Below, piece by piece: positions 15,033-16,243 of a stretch of 16,243 nucleotides of DNA (position 1 is the stretch's first letter; each line of letters opens with the position of its first letter). The position numbers were made by a program, and so were the translations under genes. Source of the DNA: a virus (Duplodnaviria; Heunggongvirae; Uroviricota; Caudoviricetes); IMG/VR virus record IMGVR_UViG_3300027708_003081. The stretch is one strand, 5' to 3'. The notes beneath the pieces are model-generated. The model was not told the origin of the DNA. It saw only the letters and a program-made list of their open reading frames with translations, and ran no database searches.

Positions 15033-16243
15033 TTATAGAATAATACCGAGTAAGTTAAAATATAAGTCAGCACCTGCGGTCGACCAAAAAATTGATATTA
15101 CTTTAAATCAAACATCAAAACTCAATACAGAATTTGATAGAATCACTACTGTGTCCCTACCTCAAGTTTATGATAATGAGAGACAATTGTGTGAAATTTT
15201 TAGACCTACATTTCAAATAAGTTACATTTATTCTAACGCCTATACAGGTACTACAAGTTATGTTCCTTTTAGAAATAATTTATTTTATTTAAACCCCGAA
15301 CTATCGGTCTTGAATAATTTTTGGTATGGGTTTCCCCAATTTTATGAGTTTGATTTTTTTAGACCTGACGCTAAAGACCAACATTTTACATACGAATCAA
15401 AAAGTGCATACACCTATAATTGGACCTATTATATTAGTTATGCTAATAATAGTAACTATAATAAACGATTATTTTATTCATTAAATAATACAAGTGGTGC
15501 TTGGATTGCTAAAGATGGCATACCGTTTAAAGTGGTAAATACCACATCAAATGGTAGTGAATTAATATCTTTTCAGTGTATTGCACCACACGGACTACAA
15601 GTCGGAGAATCTGTTGAGTTATCATTTAAATACGGTATCAATAATTTGTTTGAAGTTTATTCGTTAGGTAACGATTCATTAGGTAGTGATGAATATATTT
15701 TTAACATTTATAATGTTGGTTATACAGGAAATACGTTTTTTAATAATAGAAGTGGCAAATTTAAAAGAGTTATTTATCCTGAACAATTAAACGAAACTCG
15801 TTCAAAATATTACGTTAGGGAACATAAAATTTTAACTAATGTTGATGAAGTTATAATGACTAAAACGGGGTTCCAAAAAAATTCTTTTGGAGAAGAAAAA
15901 AAATTGTACTTGAGTTCCATAACACCAAATAATACAACAAGATGTGCTCAAAAAACGAGTAGTAATACTTATACTTTAACCTCAAAAATAGATATTGATT
16001 TGACGGGAGTTTTAGATAATCAAAAAAGACCTGTAAGTGAGTTATTTTTAACTGTTATTCATAAAGGATATTCAGGTTATTTCAATAAACCTTCAGCATC
16101 TAATGTTGGATTAAAAGAAGGGTGGAAATTTAATTTGACTGATACCACAAATTCTTGGTGGGACGAAAATAATCTTAATTCAGATTCAAGTATAACAACA
16201 TCTTCTTATAATAAAACGGACATTAGTGGTACGACAAAAACAT
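15019..16243 (+). CDS. Putative structural protein, 3'-truncated (>408 aa), not in the supplied ORF track
   Basis: I translated frame 1 by hand: it is open from 15016 (after TAG 15013-15015) to the window end, reading TTG-KLYDYRIIPSKLKYKSAPAVDQKID...APHGLQVGESVEL...GWKFNL...SGTTKT. The first in-frame ATG is at 15856, so TTG 15019 (14-nt overlap with the upstream gene) is the likely start. Confidence 0.8.
   Translation, partial: MKLYDYRIIPSKLKYKSAPAVDQKIDITLNQTSKLNTEFDRITTVSLPQVYDNERQLCEIFRPTFQISYIYSNAYTGTTSYVPFRNNLFYLNPELSVLNNFWYGFPQFYEFDFFRPDAKDQHFTYESKSAYTYNWTYYISYANNSNYNKRLFYSLNNTSGAWIAKDGIPFKVVNTTSNGSELISFQCIAPHGLQVGESVELSFKYGINNLFEVYSLGNDSLGSDEYIFNIYNVGYTGNTFFNNRSGKFKRVIYPEQLNETRSKYYVREHKILTNVDEVIMTKTGFQKNSFGEEKKLYLSSITPNNTTRCAQKTSSNTYTLTSKIDIDLTGVLDNQKRPVSELFLTVIHKGYSGYFNKPSASNVGLKEGWKFNLTDTTNSWWDENNLNSDSSITTSSYNKTDISGTTKT

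Noticed and set aside
1-16243. Stop-codon reassignment (TAG recoding as in some large phages): the 12 gene stops are 10 TAA, 2 TGA and 0 TAG
   Set aside because: All genes are full-length and densely packed under the standard code, with no in-frame TAG or TGA interrupting conserved domains. Zero TAG in 12 stops is unremarkable in an AT-rich genome.
1-16243. CRISPR array, tRNA, rRNA, IS/transposase, or a eukaryotic giant-virus origin
   Set aside because: No regularly spaced direct repeats, cloverleaf-like segments or transposase motifs were seen, and intergenic gaps are all under 130 nt. The gp25/gp6 baseplate genes and the sigma70 promoter point to a tailed bacteriophage.

Overview
AT-rich segment of a large T4-like (myovirus-type, possibly jumbo) bacteriophage genome, with every credible gene on the + strand. 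Order: two small hypothetical genes and an intrinsic terminator; a stand-alone PAS-PAS/coiled-coil/2-TM gene; a canonical sigma70 promoter; a replication block (5'-3' exonuclease, two hypothetical proteins, DnaB/gp41-like helicase); a palindrome-rich spacer; a class II (B12-dependent, monomeric-type) ribonucleotide reductase with a small Cys/His-rich DUF5522-like gene; then a virion block (gp25-like and gp6-like baseplate wedge proteins, a 1813-aa Cys-rich protein with a hydrophobic hairpin, and a further >408-aa ORF that the ORF track missed and that runs off the window). Start codons lack Shine-Dalgarno sequences, and a TATTTAT(N1-3)ATAAA motif recurs upstream of several genes. The most unusual element is a phage-borne tandem PAS sensor fused to a membrane hairpin with no recognisable signalling output domain. 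No tRNA, CRISPR array, intein, intron or IS element was seen. All family assignments come from motif recognition, not database searches.
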